Source of the DNA: a virus
Lineage: Duplodnaviria; Caudoviricetes
Direction: 5' to 3' (one strand)
Length of the DNA stretch: 63,081 nt
Virus record (IMG/VR): IMGVR_UViG_3300040810_000410
Span: 1-63,081 of that record
In this document: piece by piece, positions 17,303 through 28,431 of the stretch
How positions within the stretch are numbered: position 1 is the first letter of the stretch
Layout: every line of letters starts with the position of its first letter
Notes under the pieces: generated by a model
Told to the model about the DNA's origin: nothing
What the model saw: only the letters and a program-made list of their open reading frames with translations
Databases searched by the model: none
Made by a program: the position numbers and the translations under genes

Positions 17303-18878
17303 GTCTACTATTGATCTGACAGCGAATGATGCTGTTAATGAGTTCAAACAAATAGGAGGCCCTGTCGAACAACTAGGTGGAGAAGGAGGTACCTTCCGTG
17401 GTTATGGAAACACAGGTCAGAATAAGTACACACCACCTAGCTCAATAGATAAATACGATGGTCCCTTAGTATCACCTACGGGAATTAATAAAGATACAGG
17501 TACATATAATAAACCTATCAGTGCCCCTAAACCTGATGGCACTAAAGATGTCTTTACGGATACTGGGGAATTCGATGGTCCTTTCATTCACCCTGAGCCA
17601 CCTGATGTAGGTAGTGAAGGTGGAGGTAATGGAGGTGCTCCAGATGTCCCTGTTGTTCCACCTACGGACGGTGCTGACTTAGAACCTCCTAGTGCTGGAG
17701 ATCAGATGAGTGCTCGTGCTCAGATCGAGAAGATGCTTAAGGATCCTACGAGTTACCTTACAGACCGTGATCTACTACAACAGTTTACTAATGTTGACAT
17801 CTTTAAGCGAGATGAAAGTGGTAATATCGTTAGAGATGATGATGGTAATCCTATCTTAGATGACACACAGTTTACTGATCCTAATAAGTTTAACTTAGGT
17901 CAGATTGGTGACTTAGATGCAACTACTATTAATATCCCTGATCCTATTAAAGCTAGTGCTGATGTGAAAGCCTCAGATTACACAGCGTCTCTCGTTGACC
18001 CTGAAAGCTTAACAAAGGCTGTCGATGAGTTAGCTAAAGTAGAACCTATGAAAGCTGCTTCAATGGCTGAGCATATGGATAAACTACTTGAAGGTATGGA
18101 AGACGGTAACATCCCATTGTGGGCTAAACCAGCGGTTGCTAAGGTAGAACAACAGTTAGCTGCTCGTGGTATCTCAGCGTCATCCATCGGTAGAGATTCG
18201 TTATTCAATGCTATCATTCAGTCAGCTATGCCTATAGCTCAACAGGATGCTACATTCGAGCAAGAGAAATACAAGACAGAGTATAATGCTAAAGTACAAG
18301 CTGTATTGTCTGATGTTAACATGGAGTTCGCTGCTAAGCAATTCAATGCACAATCTCAGAACCAAGCTAAACAATTCTCTGCTCAAATGAAAACACAAGT
18401 TGACCTACAGAATGCTGCTCGTAAAGATGCAATGTTACAGTTCAACACACAAGTTCAAATGCAAGGTGAACAGTTCAATGCTACACAGGTTAACGCAATG
18501 ACTCAACTAGAGGCTCAATTGCAAACCCAGCGTGACCAGTTTAACTCTCAAATGTCTGCACAGATTGAGCAGTCAAATGTAAACTGGAGACGTCAGGTTA
18601 ACCAGATTAATACTGCAGGTGTCAATGCGGTGAATCAAGCTAACGTACAGAATGCATTTAACTTAAGCAACCAAGCGTTAACATTCTTATGGCAGGAAAT
18701 GCGTGATAATGCTCAGTGGGAATTCCAAGCGAGTCAAGCGGACTTAGATAGGAAAGCTCAGATTGAAGCATCGTTACTTGCTAATGAGACAGCCCTTGGT
18801 GGTGAAATCGGGAAGACGATTGAGAGTATCGTTAATGGTTCTAAATTCCTAGGAAGTTTCCTAGATAGCTGGAAGTAA
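17271..18878 (+). CDS. Internal virion (ejection) protein; probable GTG start at 17271
   Basis: GGAGG RBS 5 nt before the GTG; Q/A/N-rich helical C-terminal half with repeated QFNA motifs. Confidence 0.65.
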   Translation: MAEATIQKTDRSTIDLTANDAVNEFKQIGGPVEQLGGEGGTFRGYGNTGQNKYTPPSSIDKYDGPLVSPTGINKDTGTYNKPISAPKPDGTKDVFTDTGEFDGPFIHPEPPDVGSEGGGNGGAPDVPVVPPTDGADLEPPSAGDQMSARAQIEKMLKDPTSYLTDRDLLQQFTNVDIFKRDESGNIVRDDDGNPILDDTQFTDPNKFNLGQIGDLDATTINIPDPIKASADVKASDYTASLVDPESLTKAVDELAKVEPMKAASMAEHMDKLLEGMEDGNIPLWAKPAVAKVEQQLAARGISASSIGRDSLFNAIIQSAMPIAQQDATFEQEKYKTEYNAKVQAVLSDVNMEFAAKQFNAQSQNQAKQFSAQMKTQVDLQNAARKDAMLQFNTQVQMQGEQFNATQVNAMTQLEAQLQTQRDQFNSQMSAQIEQSNVNWRRQVNQINTAGVNAVNQANVQNAFNLSNQALTFLWQEMRDNAQWEFQASQADLDRKAQIEASLLANETALGGEIGKTIESIVNGSKFLGSFLDSWK

Positions 18879-18883
18879 ATATT

Positions 18884-20122
18884 ATGGGATTATTCAGTTC
18901 AATAAAGAAAGGCTTATCTAAGGCTTGGAAAGGCGTTAAGAAAGCTGTTAAAGGTGTGGCTAAGGGAGTTAAGAAAGTAGCTAAAGGTATCGTTACTTCA
19001 CTTCCTGGAGGTCAGAAACTATGGAAAGCTGGTGGTAAACTTGGTAAGAAAGTCATGGGAGCCATCGGTAAATTCACGTCCAAACTCGGACCCATTGGAA
19101 CGATGGCTTTATCCTTCGTACTTGCTCCAGTGATGGGTCCTGCGATTGGAGCAATGTGGGGAAGCTTTGGTGCGGGTGCTGCTAGTATGGCTGCTTCAGC
19201 TAATGCTTTCGTATCAACATTAGGTTCCGTTGGTTCAGGTATCTTTGCTGCTGGTAACTTCGTTGGGGGTACATTAGGTGCCTTAGGTAATGCGATTACT
19301 GAAGGTGCATCGAATGTATTGGCTGGTAACTTCTCGGGTGCTGCTCAAGCATTCGCAAGTAATGTGACTAATGCATTCACAGGTAAAGCTGGTATGGCTG
19401 CAGTTCACACGGGTTCTATCATGGCTAACACTACTGCTGCTGCAGACCTAGCGGGTCAAGTAGGTGGCTCAGGTGCTGCTGGGCAGATCAATACGTTAAC
19501 TGAGACTGCTAATGCAAGCCTACAGAGTTTACAAGGTATGGGTCAAGTTGGTGCTGATGCGATTGCTGCTATGGATCCTCAAGCTTTAGCTAGGGCTAGC
19601 AATGAAGCCTTCACTGTACAACAAAGCGTACAAGATCAAATGGCTGCTAAGGCTGCCTCAAGTCCAGTACTAGAGGGTGTTGTTACAGATCCTATGGCTA
19701 AGTTCAACCCTGCTGCTAAATTCGGTCCTGCTCCTATGAGTGGTATGGAAGCTGGTGCAGCTCCTACGTTTGGTGAAGCATTACAAATGACTACTGCTGC
19801 TGGTCCTGTGAATGCTAACATCGCACGTAATACTATTGCTAATGTTACCGCAGGTAATACAACCTTCCAAGCGTTGAATCAAACTGCTGTATCTGATGGT
19901 GCTAGTAAGGCTATGCAGAACTATGATGCAGTCAAGGGTTTACTAGGCGGAGACGCAGGTGACGGTGGTTTCCAACCTTATGTACCACAATTAACAAAAG
20001 CACAACCAATATCAGCTGTTTCAGGCGCAAGCGGTCAAGGTTCCGCAGGTTTCTCACTATTAAGTGGAGTCCAAGGTCTTGAGGAATCTCTACGTAGATC
20101 ACAGCAACTGATGTTTAGCTAA
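18884..20122 (+). CDS. Internal virion / DNA-ejection protein
   Basis: Amphipathic Lys-rich N-terminus and a Gly/Ala-rich hydrophobic body. Confidence 0.65.
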   Translation: MGLFSSIKKGLSKAWKGVKKAVKGVAKGVKKVAKGIVTSLPGGQKLWKAGGKLGKKVMGAIGKFTSKLGPIGTMALSFVLAPVMGPAIGAMWGSFGAGAASMAASANAFVSTLGSVGSGIFAAGNFVGGTLGALGNAITEGASNVLAGNFSGAAQAFASNVTNAFTGKAGMAAVHTGSIMANTTAAADLAGQVGGSGAAGQINTLTETANASLQSLQGMGQVGADAIAAMDPQALARASNEAFTVQQSVQDQMAAKAASSPVLEGVVTDPMAKFNPAAKFGPAPMSGMEAGAAPTFGEALQMTTAAGPVNANIARNTIANVTAGNTTFQALNQTAVSDGASKAMQNYDAVKGLLGGDAGDGGFQPYVPQLTKAQPISAVSGASGQGSAGFSLLSGVQGLEESLRRSQQLMFS

Positions 20123-20132
20123 GGAGAAATAA

Positions 20133-20771
20133 ATGAGCGTAATGCAAGTACTACAAGAAACAGCAGGTCAAGGTAATAGTATGCCTAAGTTCTCTAAGGA
20201 GACTTCTGCTAGTAAGGAACAAATGCAAGACGCTGAGACTATGATGATGACTGCTCCGATTCCTGGGCAGTCTCTCACTCAGGATCCGCAAAGTAGATTA
20301 CCTTATGAACAACCACCTAAGTTTTCCGATGTACAAGAGTTCATCGATGAGACCTTCATGCGTTTTACAGATGAAGAAGGTTTACCTAACTTACTAGATG
20401 CAATGAGACATGGGTTACCTGTGGAACACGTTGCAGAGAAATACCTGATGAGAGCTTTCAAGGACGGTGATATTACTCCTGATATGCTTTTGTTATGTAT
20501 CGAACCAACAATCTATATGCTTATCTCTTTAGCAACTTATGCTAACATTGATCCAGTGTTATATCCAGAGGATGACATGGTTGATGAAGATGAGCGTACT
20601 TCAACTGACTTGTATAAGCAAGCTACTCAAGAATTACTTAAGAGTGAAGATCCTGAGGCTGACGATGGTCGCCTAACAGTACAGGATTTAAATGCTCCAG
20701 CAGTAATGCCTAAGAGTTTATTAGCTCGTGCTGAACAAGCTGTAAACCAAGGAGGTCAGAATGGGCTTTAG
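20133..20771 (+). CDS. Putative virion protein
   Basis: APIPGQSLT...PYEQPPKF motif; within the ejection-protein cluster. Confidence 0.6.
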   Translation: MSVMQVLQETAGQGNSMPKFSKETSASKEQMQDAETMMMTAPIPGQSLTQDPQSRLPYEQPPKFSDVQEFIDETFMRFTDEEGLPNLLDAMRHGLPVEHVAEKYLMRAFKDGDITPDMLLLCIEPTIYMLISLATYANIDPVLYPEDDMVDEDERTSTDLYKQATQELLKSEDPEADDGRLTVQDLNAPAVMPKSLLARAEQAVNQGGQNGL

Positions 20772-22650
20772 AGCACGCGCGTTACTGGGAGGTGTCGCTA
20801 GAGGTTTCTTCCAAGCAAACAATGAAAGACGTTCCCGTATGGAACAACGTATGCAAGCCTTAGCTGACAATAAAGCACTAAGGGATCGTGAGCATGCTAA
20901 GAGTGAATATGATCGTACAATGAAAGCAGCTTCACAAGAGCAAGCACAGATTCAAGCTTTACGTTCAGCAGGTCACCTTGATGATAAAGACCAGTATACT
21001 GATACTTACTGGCGTGATACGACTATGGATCTTTGGGATAAGAAAGCGTATGCTAAGCAAGAAGATTTCATTAATGTATACAAGCAAGGTAGAGCTGCAG
21101 GATTCCAACGTCAATTCAAGAATCCAAATGAAATCGCTGGTCAACTAAGAGGTATCTATGATGCTATTGACCAACGTCAAGTAGAGGAATCAGGTAAGTC
21201 AGCTTTAACTGGTTTTGATCAAATGTTAGGTAGAGGTTTCGTGAAGGAACAAGCCCCTGATGAACCAGAGACTCCTATCCCTTCTTTAGATGCTACAGTG
21301 CCTAGTGCTCCTGTGGAAACTCTAGAAGACAAAGGTAAGTTCTTTGAAGCTGCTCAACCAGAACCTAAGTCTATTCAACAAGTAATTAAAGATGACACAG
21401 GTAATAACTTCGCTGTGTTTGCTAATGATAAAGGTGAGATGACTAAGGTTAACTTAACGGTTAACTCAGGTGTCCCTTCGACTCCACGAGGTAATCGTAA
21501 GACTGAGAAGGTTCGTCTATTTGATAGAGACAAAGGTTTCTACTTTGATGAAGCAGTCAACAGAGACATTGATACTGGTGAGGTCTTTGTTAACGGTGAG
21601 TGGAGTAAGCCTAGCCTTAACATTGCTACTATGCCAGCTGATGTTAAACTACAGAAACTAGAGTACACTGATCCTGACTCAGGTGATGAAATGTCTGCTC
21701 AAGCTTATCCTACAGTTGGTTCTGCTACAGGTCCTAATGTTGTCCGTATGCCTGATGGTACTACTTGGGCTATCACTGGTCAACCTGTGTTACTACGAGG
21801 TAAGCGTGATGTGCATGATACAAGTCGCGGTAAGATTCCTGAGACAACTAAAGAGAACCTTAAGTTATTCGGTCAGCAACGTAAGACAGCTTCTTTAGCT
21901 AACTTAATGTTGAGGCAAGACTTCATTAGTTCTCCTACGCAATGGGCTGCAGGTAACATGAGTGTCATGACTGACATGCTAGGTGCTACCTTCGGTATGG
22001 TTGGTGAGAATAGACCTAAGGATCTAGACGCTATTGCTAAGTATATTAACTCAGAGATTCAGGATTCAGAGGAACTTAGGAACTCAATCGGTTACTTAGA
22101 TGCTGCTGCGGTACGCTCTGGTGAACGTGCGGCTCTAGAGAACTTCCTTGTATATGCACTAGCTAGATCTCAGTATGGTGGTGGTAAACTTACAGTACAA
22201 GCTGTTGAGCAAGCAGAGGATGTGGTTAAGCCTGTCTTCCGTGGTTCAGAGTTTAACCGTGGTTCACTACAGACTATCATAGCTAGATCTTCTGACTCGA
22301 TGGCTCTAATCGCTGGTGCAGATATCACCTTAGCTTTAGGACAAGGTTCCGTTAGTAAAATATGGGACTACTACCCTCGTGTTAAACAGAAGGTTGACCA
22401 AGGGTTAACACCTGTTCCTGAGACTGTTGATGGTGATTTAGTGGTTTCTGATATTAAGAGATTAGAGAAAACGAATAAGGCAGCTTATGATGCTACTGTG
22501 AGAAACATGGTAGATCGTTTGGGTGCTAACTGGGAAGAAGCCCTTAAGAAACCTATCCGTTACGATAGTAGGTACGATACGATTGTCATGCCTATGTATC
22601 TTAAGAATGAGGACGGTAGTTATACCTTTGGTGTCTTCCCTGCTAAATAA
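20761..22650 (+). CDS. Putative internal virion protein
   Basis: 629 aa; N-terminal ALLGGVARGF followed by a coiled coil. Confidence 0.55.
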   Translation: MGFRARALLGGVARGFFQANNERRSRMEQRMQALADNKALRDREHAKSEYDRTMKAASQEQAQIQALRSAGHLDDKDQYTDTYWRDTTMDLWDKKAYAKQEDFINVYKQGRAAGFQRQFKNPNEIAGQLRGIYDAIDQRQVEESGKSALTGFDQMLGRGFVKEQAPDEPETPIPSLDATVPSAPVETLEDKGKFFEAAQPEPKSIQQVIKDDTGNNFAVFANDKGEMTKVNLTVNSGVPSTPRGNRKTEKVRLFDRDKGFYFDEAVNRDIDTGEVFVNGEWSKPSLNIATMPADVKLQKLEYTDPDSGDEMSAQAYPTVGSATGPNVVRMPDGTTWAITGQPVLLRGKRDVHDTSRGKIPETTKENLKLFGQQRKTASLANLMLRQDFISSPTQWAAGNMSVMTDMLGATFGMVGENRPKDLDAIAKYINSEIQDSEELRNSIGYLDAAAVRSGERAALENFLVYALARSQYGGGKLTVQAVEQAEDVVKPVFRGSEFNRGSLQTIIARSSDSMALIAGADITLALGQGSVSKIWDYYPRVKQKVDQGLTPVPETVDGDLVVSDIKRLEKTNKAAYDATVRNMVDRLGANWEEALKKPIRYDSRYDTIVMPMYLKNEDGSYTFGVFPAK

Positions 22651-22661
22651 GAGGATTTACA

Positions 22662-25600
22662 ATGGCTAATATTATGAATGGGAAATCATCACTACTTAAT
22701 ACTGGTGTTAACCTAATGGATAACCGTCAGGTTTCCCCTACTACAAACTTATTAGGTAAAGCTAAGCCTATCGCTAGTGTTGCTCCTAATGAGGATGAAA
22801 ACTTAGAGGCTGTAGCAAATACTCAAGTATCAACGGAGGTTCCCCAAGGGGAGCCTTTAGTTGCTTCTGAGGAACCAAATGTTACAATGCCTACACAGGA
22901 ACAACCAATGATTGACACTGGTGTTACTGGTGGTGTACCAAGTGCCCCTAAGGAACCTGAAGCTTTATCAACTACGTTAACTGAGAGTGATCTAGAGGAG
23001 GACACAGTTAACGATCCTTTCCGAGATTCCCTACGTATTGAAGCTCCATTACCTGTGTCTACTTCTGCTTTCGATGATGCTGTAACTTCAGATTCATACA
23101 AGAGTGAAGAACAGACTACTTGGGAAACCGTTAAGGAAAACACAATGACATCCCTAGATGTATCGGATAAGATATCTAGATTTATATTCAAGGGTGCTGC
23201 TGGTGCTGCTGACTTAGCTACATTTCCTGGGTGGGCTTTAGGTCACTACACAATGGGTGGTCAGAAGTTTCCTTTCTCAAGTTTACTAGAGGATAGGTAT
23301 CCTGAGGCTAACTATGTACCTGAAGATGATCCAGATTCGTATGCTGATGATGTCTTACGAATGACACAGACAGGTGCTGAGTTTATATCTGGTGGTGGTG
23401 TTACCAATGTTGGTGCTAAACTGGCTACTAAAGGTGCTTACAAGCTTAGTGCTAAGGTTGATATGAAGTTAGCTGCTTGGAGTGGCTTTGGTTACCAAGG
23501 TGCTCTAGAGATGGGTGCTGATGATACTACTGCGTTGTTGGCTGCTTTCCTAGCCCCAAGTACTCCTGAGGCTTACAAGGCTTTCACTAAGTATGGACTA
23601 AAGGCTGCATACAATACTACTGTTAAACCTTCAGTGTATGTACTAGATAAAGTTACCTCGGTACTTCCTTTGTCTGGTATGATTAAGAACACTGCTAAGT
23701 CTACGGTAAACGATTGGGCACAGTTAAGGAAACAAGAGTTATCTGCTGACCCTGAGATGTGGACACAATCGGTATGGCATCGTAAAGCTAGAGAGATGGT
23801 TCTAAAGACTCCTGATAAAGTACGTTCACTAGAGGAGCAGAAGCAAGAGATTGATTCATTGAAACGCTGGATTCACCAAGCTATCCCTGAGTCTCCTGAG
23901 ATGAAGGAACACGTGGATCGCATGAAAGCACTACAGGATAAGATCAATGCTGACCTTCCTGAAGATAAACAAATGGCTTTCACTCTTGAACAAATCTACA
24001 ATCCAATCCTTAAGAAGAACGGTGAGATGGATGGTATGAAGGAAGTCATGGCTACTCTTAGGTTAACTAATGGTGCTGCTTATGATAAACAATTAAGACA
24101 GAATCATAAGGCTATGTTTGAATACTTGAATAACCATAAGGGTACACTGGATCCTGAGGAAACTAAAGCATTCACTAGCTTCTTTGATAACCATTTAGAA
24201 GAGATTACTAAGTATCAAGAGAATATCTTTGATGTCGCTAGTAAGGAACACCTTCTGAATAACAAAGGTCCCAAAGGTTATGAGTTTACTGATCAACCTA
24301 TGTCTGAGGAATTACGACCAGCATTAGATGAGATCAGAGGTCTTATGCAGAAGTCATACAGTGCTATGCTAGAGAAGTTACCTAAGGACATTGAACTTGA
24401 TACTACTCCACTTAAGGATAACATTAATGAGGTGTTTGAATCCCTAGGTGTCTTTAGTGATCCTAAAGCAATGCCTACGTACCTTAGAGATGTAATGAAA
24501 GCTCTAGTTAAGAACGTAGATGAGGCTGGTGATGATGCGTATACTGGATTGAAGAACGAAGCTTCACAAGTAGGTATTGACCTGAACAAGATTAACCGTG
24601 AGTTACGTGAGTTATCTGCTGCACACAAGAAAGCAATTGATTCCTTTGATGCAGAGGATACTGAAGGTCTTAAGGCTCTTAAGGAAACTCAAGCTGATGA
24701 ACTATTGGAAGCCCAAGGTCGTCACTCGGATTTACTACAGAGACAGAAAGAACTAGACATTGCTAAACGTGATGTTAAACAAGAGGCAGCTAGTGAGTTA
24801 GATTCTTTACCTGAGCCTAACTTAGTTAACGTAGGTGACATTAGAGAAGGTCTTAAAGTTGTTAATGCTAAGATGCGTAAAGCTTTCCAAGCGAAAGACA
24901 TGGATCAATATTTGATTCTTGAGAAGGTTAAGGAAGGTCTTACGAAATCTATGGACGGTCTTGAAGAAGTGGATCCTGATGCTTATAACTTATTCCGTGT
25001 AACTAACAGTCACTACACTAGATTCTCTAAGGTTGACTTTGATGAATCAGTTGCAATGAAGATTACTGAGAGAGGTGATCATCTGTTTAAACTAACTAGT
25101 GATGACTCTGTTAATTTACTTTGGGACAACGCAGGTACTGAGGACATTCAAAGATTCCTGCGTAACTTCGATGGTTCACGCGAGGGTCTAGAAAGTTACT
25201 TAGCTAACCTAGATGTTCCTGAGGGTGATGTTAAAGCTATCGATGCGTATTCTAAGGCTGCTGAGAGGGGCGTAGAGGCGTTAAAAGACATTGTCTATAC
25301 CTCACTAGCTAAGAAGATACATAAGGTCGATATGGACCTTGAGGTTGATCCTGCGGCACGTATGGAGAAGATCAAGAAGATCGTTATTGACTTCCAAGAT
25401 AAACATAAGAGTAAGCTGGATCAAATCCCAGGCCTCGAAGGAATTGCGGATGATATGACTAGCACTGTTCATAAGCTAAGTAAATATCGTCAAGCGGTTC
25501 AACAATTGGAAGATCGTAAGAAAATGGGGATCCTGCGTGATGTCGTAGGCCCAGGAAAACAAGCGTTAGACATTATGAGTGACCGTAAGACAGCAGAAGA

Positions 25601-26369
25601 GTTATATGATTTCCTTACTAATAAACTTGCGAAGGTTGAAGTTGGTGAAGGTAATCTAATGGTAGCTGAAGCGGAGGCTAACGCAATTCGTAAGTTTATC
25701 ACCCGTGGTATAGTGAATGAGTTTACTAAGAACGGTAATATAGACTACGAAGGTTTAGACAGAGCTTTAGCTGTAGGTTCAGGATCACGTAATAACTTAT
25801 CGTTAGTCCTAGGTGAATCTGAGATTATCAAATTAGATAGCTTCAGAATACTAGGGAGAGCAATGGCTGAAGGTAACACTAAGTTTACTGAAGTCTTAAC
25901 GAACGATGCAACCCTAAGGAAACTAGAGAACTTTGGTTTACCGCTGGGACGTATCGGTAGTTTGTTACAACGTCGTGCTATCTTTACTCCTTCTGGAGGT
26001 TACATAGCTGGTGCTGTCGCATCGAAAGCCTTGGATTCTATGGGGAACCAACAGACCTCTAGAGCTATGCAGCTTTTGGTTGAGCGCCCATTTGATGCTC
26101 TTAACTTAGATATGATTCTAATGCAGGAAATGCGTAAGCTACCTGAACAGAAACGTAATCAGCTTAAGAGAGTCATGGAAGGTACTACTTCACACATGAG
26201 AGAGTTAGCCGCATGGTTACCTCAGCAAATGTCGAAACACGTTCAAGCTCACGCAGCTTACCTAGGTTTCGAGATGTCTCAGACTGAAGCAGTTACCATG
26301 ATAGAAGAGGTTCTTTACAATGACCCACGTCATCCAGAAGAACAAAAAGAGGAAGCCAACCAAGAGTAG
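22662..26369 (+). CDS. Large internal virion (ejectosome) protein
   Basis: 1235 aa, helical; last and largest gene of the cluster. Confidence 0.6.
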   Translation: MANIMNGKSSLLNTGVNLMDNRQVSPTTNLLGKAKPIASVAPNEDENLEAVANTQVSTEVPQGEPLVASEEPNVTMPTQEQPMIDTGVTGGVPSAPKEPEALSTTLTESDLEEDTVNDPFRDSLRIEAPLPVSTSAFDDAVTSDSYKSEEQTTWETVKENTMTSLDVSDKISRFIFKGAAGAADLATFPGWALGHYTMGGQKFPFSSLLEDRYPEANYVPEDDPDSYADDVLRMTQTGAEFISGGGVTNVGAKLATKGAYKLSAKVDMKLAAWSGFGYQGALEMGADDTTALLAAFLAPSTPEAYKAFTKYGLKAAYNTTVKPSVYVLDKVTSVLPLSGMIKNTAKSTVNDWAQLRKQELSADPEMWTQSVWHRKAREMVLKTPDKVRSLEEQKQEIDSLKRWIHQAIPESPEMKEHVDRMKALQDKINADLPEDKQMAFTLEQIYNPILKKNGEMDGMKEVMATLRLTNGAAYDKQLRQNHKAMFEYLNNHKGTLDPEETKAFTSFFDNHLEEITKYQENIFDVASKEHLLNNKGPKGYEFTDQPMSEELRPALDEIRGLMQKSYSAMLEKLPKDIELDTTPLKDNINEVFESLGVFSDPKAMPTYLRDVMKALVKNVDEAGDDAYTGLKNEASQVGIDLNKINRELRELSAAHKKAIDSFDAEDTEGLKALKETQADELLEAQGRHSDLLQRQKELDIAKRDVKQEAASELDSLPEPNLVNVGDIREGLKVVNAKMRKAFQAKDMDQYLILEKVKEGLTKSMDGLEEVDPDAYNLFRVTNSHYTRFSKVDFDESVAMKITERGDHLFKLTSDDSVNLLWDNAGTEDIQRFLRNFDGSREGLESYLANLDVPEGDVKAIDAYSKAAERGVEALKDIVYTSLAKKIHKVDMDLEVDPAARMEKIKKIVIDFQDKHKSKLDQIPGLEGIADDMTSTVHKLSKYRQAVQQLEDRKKMGILRDVVGPGKQALDIMSDRKTAEELYDFLTNKLAKVEVGEGNLMVAEAEANAIRKFITRGIVNEFTKNGNIDYEGLDRALAVGSGSRNNLSLVLGESEIIKLDSFRILGRAMAEGNTKFTEVLTNDATLRKLENFGLPLGRIGSLLQRRAIFTPSGGYIAGAVASKALDSMGNQQTSRAMQLLVERPFDALNLDMILMQEMRKLPEQKRNQLKRVMEGTTSHMRELAAWLPQQMSKHVQAHAAYLGFEMSQTEAVTMIEEVLYNDPRHPEEQKEEANQE

Positions 26370-26375
26370 GCAAGC

Positions 26376-26393
26376 GGGACCTTCGGGTCCCTT
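26376..26393 (+). terminator. cUUCGg hairpin (weak terminator or stabiliser)
   Basis: GGGACC-TTCG-GGTCCC with only a short T tail. Confidence 0.5.
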
Positions 26394-26411
26394 CACTATA
26401 GGAGTAAAAAT

Positions 26412-26696
26412 ATGGAACTAGGGACTATATCAGCAATCATCGCGGCTAGCGTTGCGTTGACAACTGCAGTAGGAGGTATACTATTAAAGGCTTTCGTTAA
26501 CCCTGTTAAAACAAAAACGGAGGCAAACAGTATGACAACGAAAGATCATGAGGACCGTCTTCGACACTTAGAGAGTCAAGCATCCCAACACAGTATTCAT
26601 CTAGAGAACCTTATGAAAGCTGTAGATAAACTGGTGGATAAAATAGACGTTCTTGTATCATATCAACGTCAATCACACGATCATCATAATGACTAG
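26412..26696 (+). CDS. Single-TM coiled-coil protein (holin / XhlA-like)
   Basis: N-terminal hydrophobic helix, then HEDRLRHLE coiled coil. Confidence 0.5.
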   Translation: MELGTISAIIAASVALTTAVGGILLKAFVNPVKTKTEANSMTTKDHEDRLRHLESQASQHSIHLENLMKAVDKLVDKIDVLVSYQRQSHDHHND

Positions 26697-26705
26697 GAGA
26701 ATATA

Positions 26706-26957
26706 ATGTCAGGATTAATAACCGTACCAACTCAACAAATTCTTATCCCTGTGTTTGCACCAGTGGCTATTCTAGAGAATGTCACTCAGTTAACCCCAGG
26801 TAATTACGTAGCTTTTAGATGTGCTACTGATGTTAACTACCGATTAAACGGAACAGGTACTTACGTAACTATACCAGCGGGTACCATCATGGGTATCGCT
26901 AAAAACATAACTTCAATTGATTTCCAAGCGAGTGTAGCTGCTATTGAGGTAATGTAA
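26706..26957 (+). CDS. Small putative virion protein
   Basis: 83 aa, beta-rich, GGAGA RBS. Confidence 0.6.
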   Translation: MSGLITVPTQQILIPVFAPVAILENVTQLTPGNYVAFRCATDVNYRLNGTGTYVTIPAGTIMGIAKNITSIDFQASVAAIEVM

Positions 26958-26958
26958 T

Positions 26959-28431
26959 ATGTTGTACCTTGGATTAAACATGTATCATAGCCTCGCGTTT
27001 GCGCGGGGTGCTCCTACTGCTGTTGAGGTAGTAGAGACCTTCAGGTACTTCTCTGATTTAGATGCTGCTTCACTAAGTCATTATACCTTAGAAAACGAAG
27101 TTCTTCTTTCAGGGGATTTTGACATCCAACTTACTGCACAAACAACTTCAACTAGTGATATTATAGCATTATCTGGAGGTACTGGAGGCACTGGATTGGA
27201 ACTCTATAAAAACTCCAGTGGTATCTTGAGTGTTTACTATGGAGGTGTTTCTTTAGGAGGAGGAGGTTCTTTAGATGTAGGTGATGGCTTATTACACGCT
27301 ATTGAACTACAACGTAGAGGTACTAATGTTGATGTGATTGTCGATGGTAATACTTTGGGAAGCGTTACTATATCAGGCTCTTGTCGTGTTAAAACACTAG
27401 GACGCAGAGATGGTGGAGCTTTTTACTGGACAGGTGTTCTATCTGATTTCTTAATTAGGGATCTTACTTTACCAGTAGGTCAGCAGGAAACTGAGTTTTC
27501 TTTAGGTAATGACACTACTTCTAACATAGAAGAATCAGCTGATGTTACTTACGGTACTGAGTTAGTTACTAATAATACCTTCACGGATACATCTGATTGG
27601 TTAAGCCCGAGAAGTAATAGTACGTTAACTGTAGTAGGTGATGCTATAAGATCTACCTCTAACAGCACAGGTACCTTCGGTATTTCAACTCCTCTTGGTG
27701 TTTTATCTTCAGGAGTTCCTTATAAAGTACAAGTAACTATTAGACATAATTCCTCTGGTAACTTTAGATTCAGACTAGATGACACCTTCTCTTTATCTGC
27801 TGCTTTGTATGAGGAAGCTAACATAGTTAGTGGTACTACTTTGGAATTTATATTTACAGGCACAGGGGCTAACACTTGGTTAGGTATGATTAACACAGGA
27901 CATGCTTCTGGTGACTGGGTTGAAATTGTGGAAGGAGTTACGGTCACTGAGTTACTTACTGGTAATTTAGTTAATTATGTAAGTATTCCATCTAGAGTAG
28001 AATATGTACAGCAAGGGAACGATTGGATTGGTACCACGGAACTATGGGATCATAATAATGTTGTCGGGCTGACAGGTGACTGGTTGTCTACTCAAGAACA
28101 AGTGTATGAGCTTAATGGGGCTGCTGGTACTCTTCTTAAACCTTCCAGTGCTTCTATTGTAGAATACATTAGAACTACTTTTAATTACACAGCAACGGCT
28201 GGCGCCTTGAGAGTAGGTGACTCAGGTATTCAGACAATCGGAACATCAGGCTTCTATAGTATAGATGGATACGATGTTACTTCTTTTGGTTTCAAAGGTA
28301 ATAGTGGTTCTGTCATTGGTACTTTATCTAGTGTGTCGGTGAAACGTCTACTAAAGGGGGTTTCCCTGCCTAATACACAAGGTGGGGTGTTCGGAACTTT
28401 AACTTATTTTAATACATTGGAGGCTATATAA
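26959..28431 (+). CDS. Lectin/LamG-like and carbohydrate-binding domain protein
   Basis: GDGLLHAIELQRRG...VIVDG...FYWTGVLSDF (LamG-like); ELVTNNTF...DW (CBM-like). Confidence 0.6.
   Translation: MLYLGLNMYHSLAFARGAPTAVEVVETFRYFSDLDAASLSHYTLENEVLLSGDFDIQLTAQTTSTSDIIALSGGTGGTGLELYKNSSGILSVYYGGVSLGGGGSLDVGDGLLHAIELQRRGTNVDVIVDGNTLGSVTISGSCRVKTLGRRDGGAFYWTGVLSDFLIRDLTLPVGQQETEFSLGNDTTSNIEESADVTYGTELVTNNTFTDTSDWLSPRSNSTLTVVGDAIRSTSNSTGTFGISTPLGVLSSGVPYKVQVTIRHNSSGNFRFRLDDTFSLSAALYEEANIVSGTTLEFIFTGTGANTWLGMINTGHASGDWVEIVEGVTVTELLTGNLVNYVSIPSRVEYVQQGNDWIGTTELWDHNNVVGLTGDWLSTQEQVYELNGAAGTLLKPSSASIVEYIRTTFNYTATAGALRVGDSGIQTIGTSGFYSIDGYDVTSFGFKGNSGSVIGTLSSVSVKRLLKGVSLPNTQGGVFGTLTYFNTLEAI

Noticed and set aside
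22662-26369. Virion RNA polymerase (N4- or crAss-like)
   Set aside because: Too short for an N4 vRNAP and no polymerase catalytic motif is recognisable; position fits an ejection protein.
26394-26402. T7-type promoter core CACTATAGG
   Set aside because: Isolated, overlaps an RBS, lacks the upstream T7 consensus, and no phage RNA polymerase is encoded.
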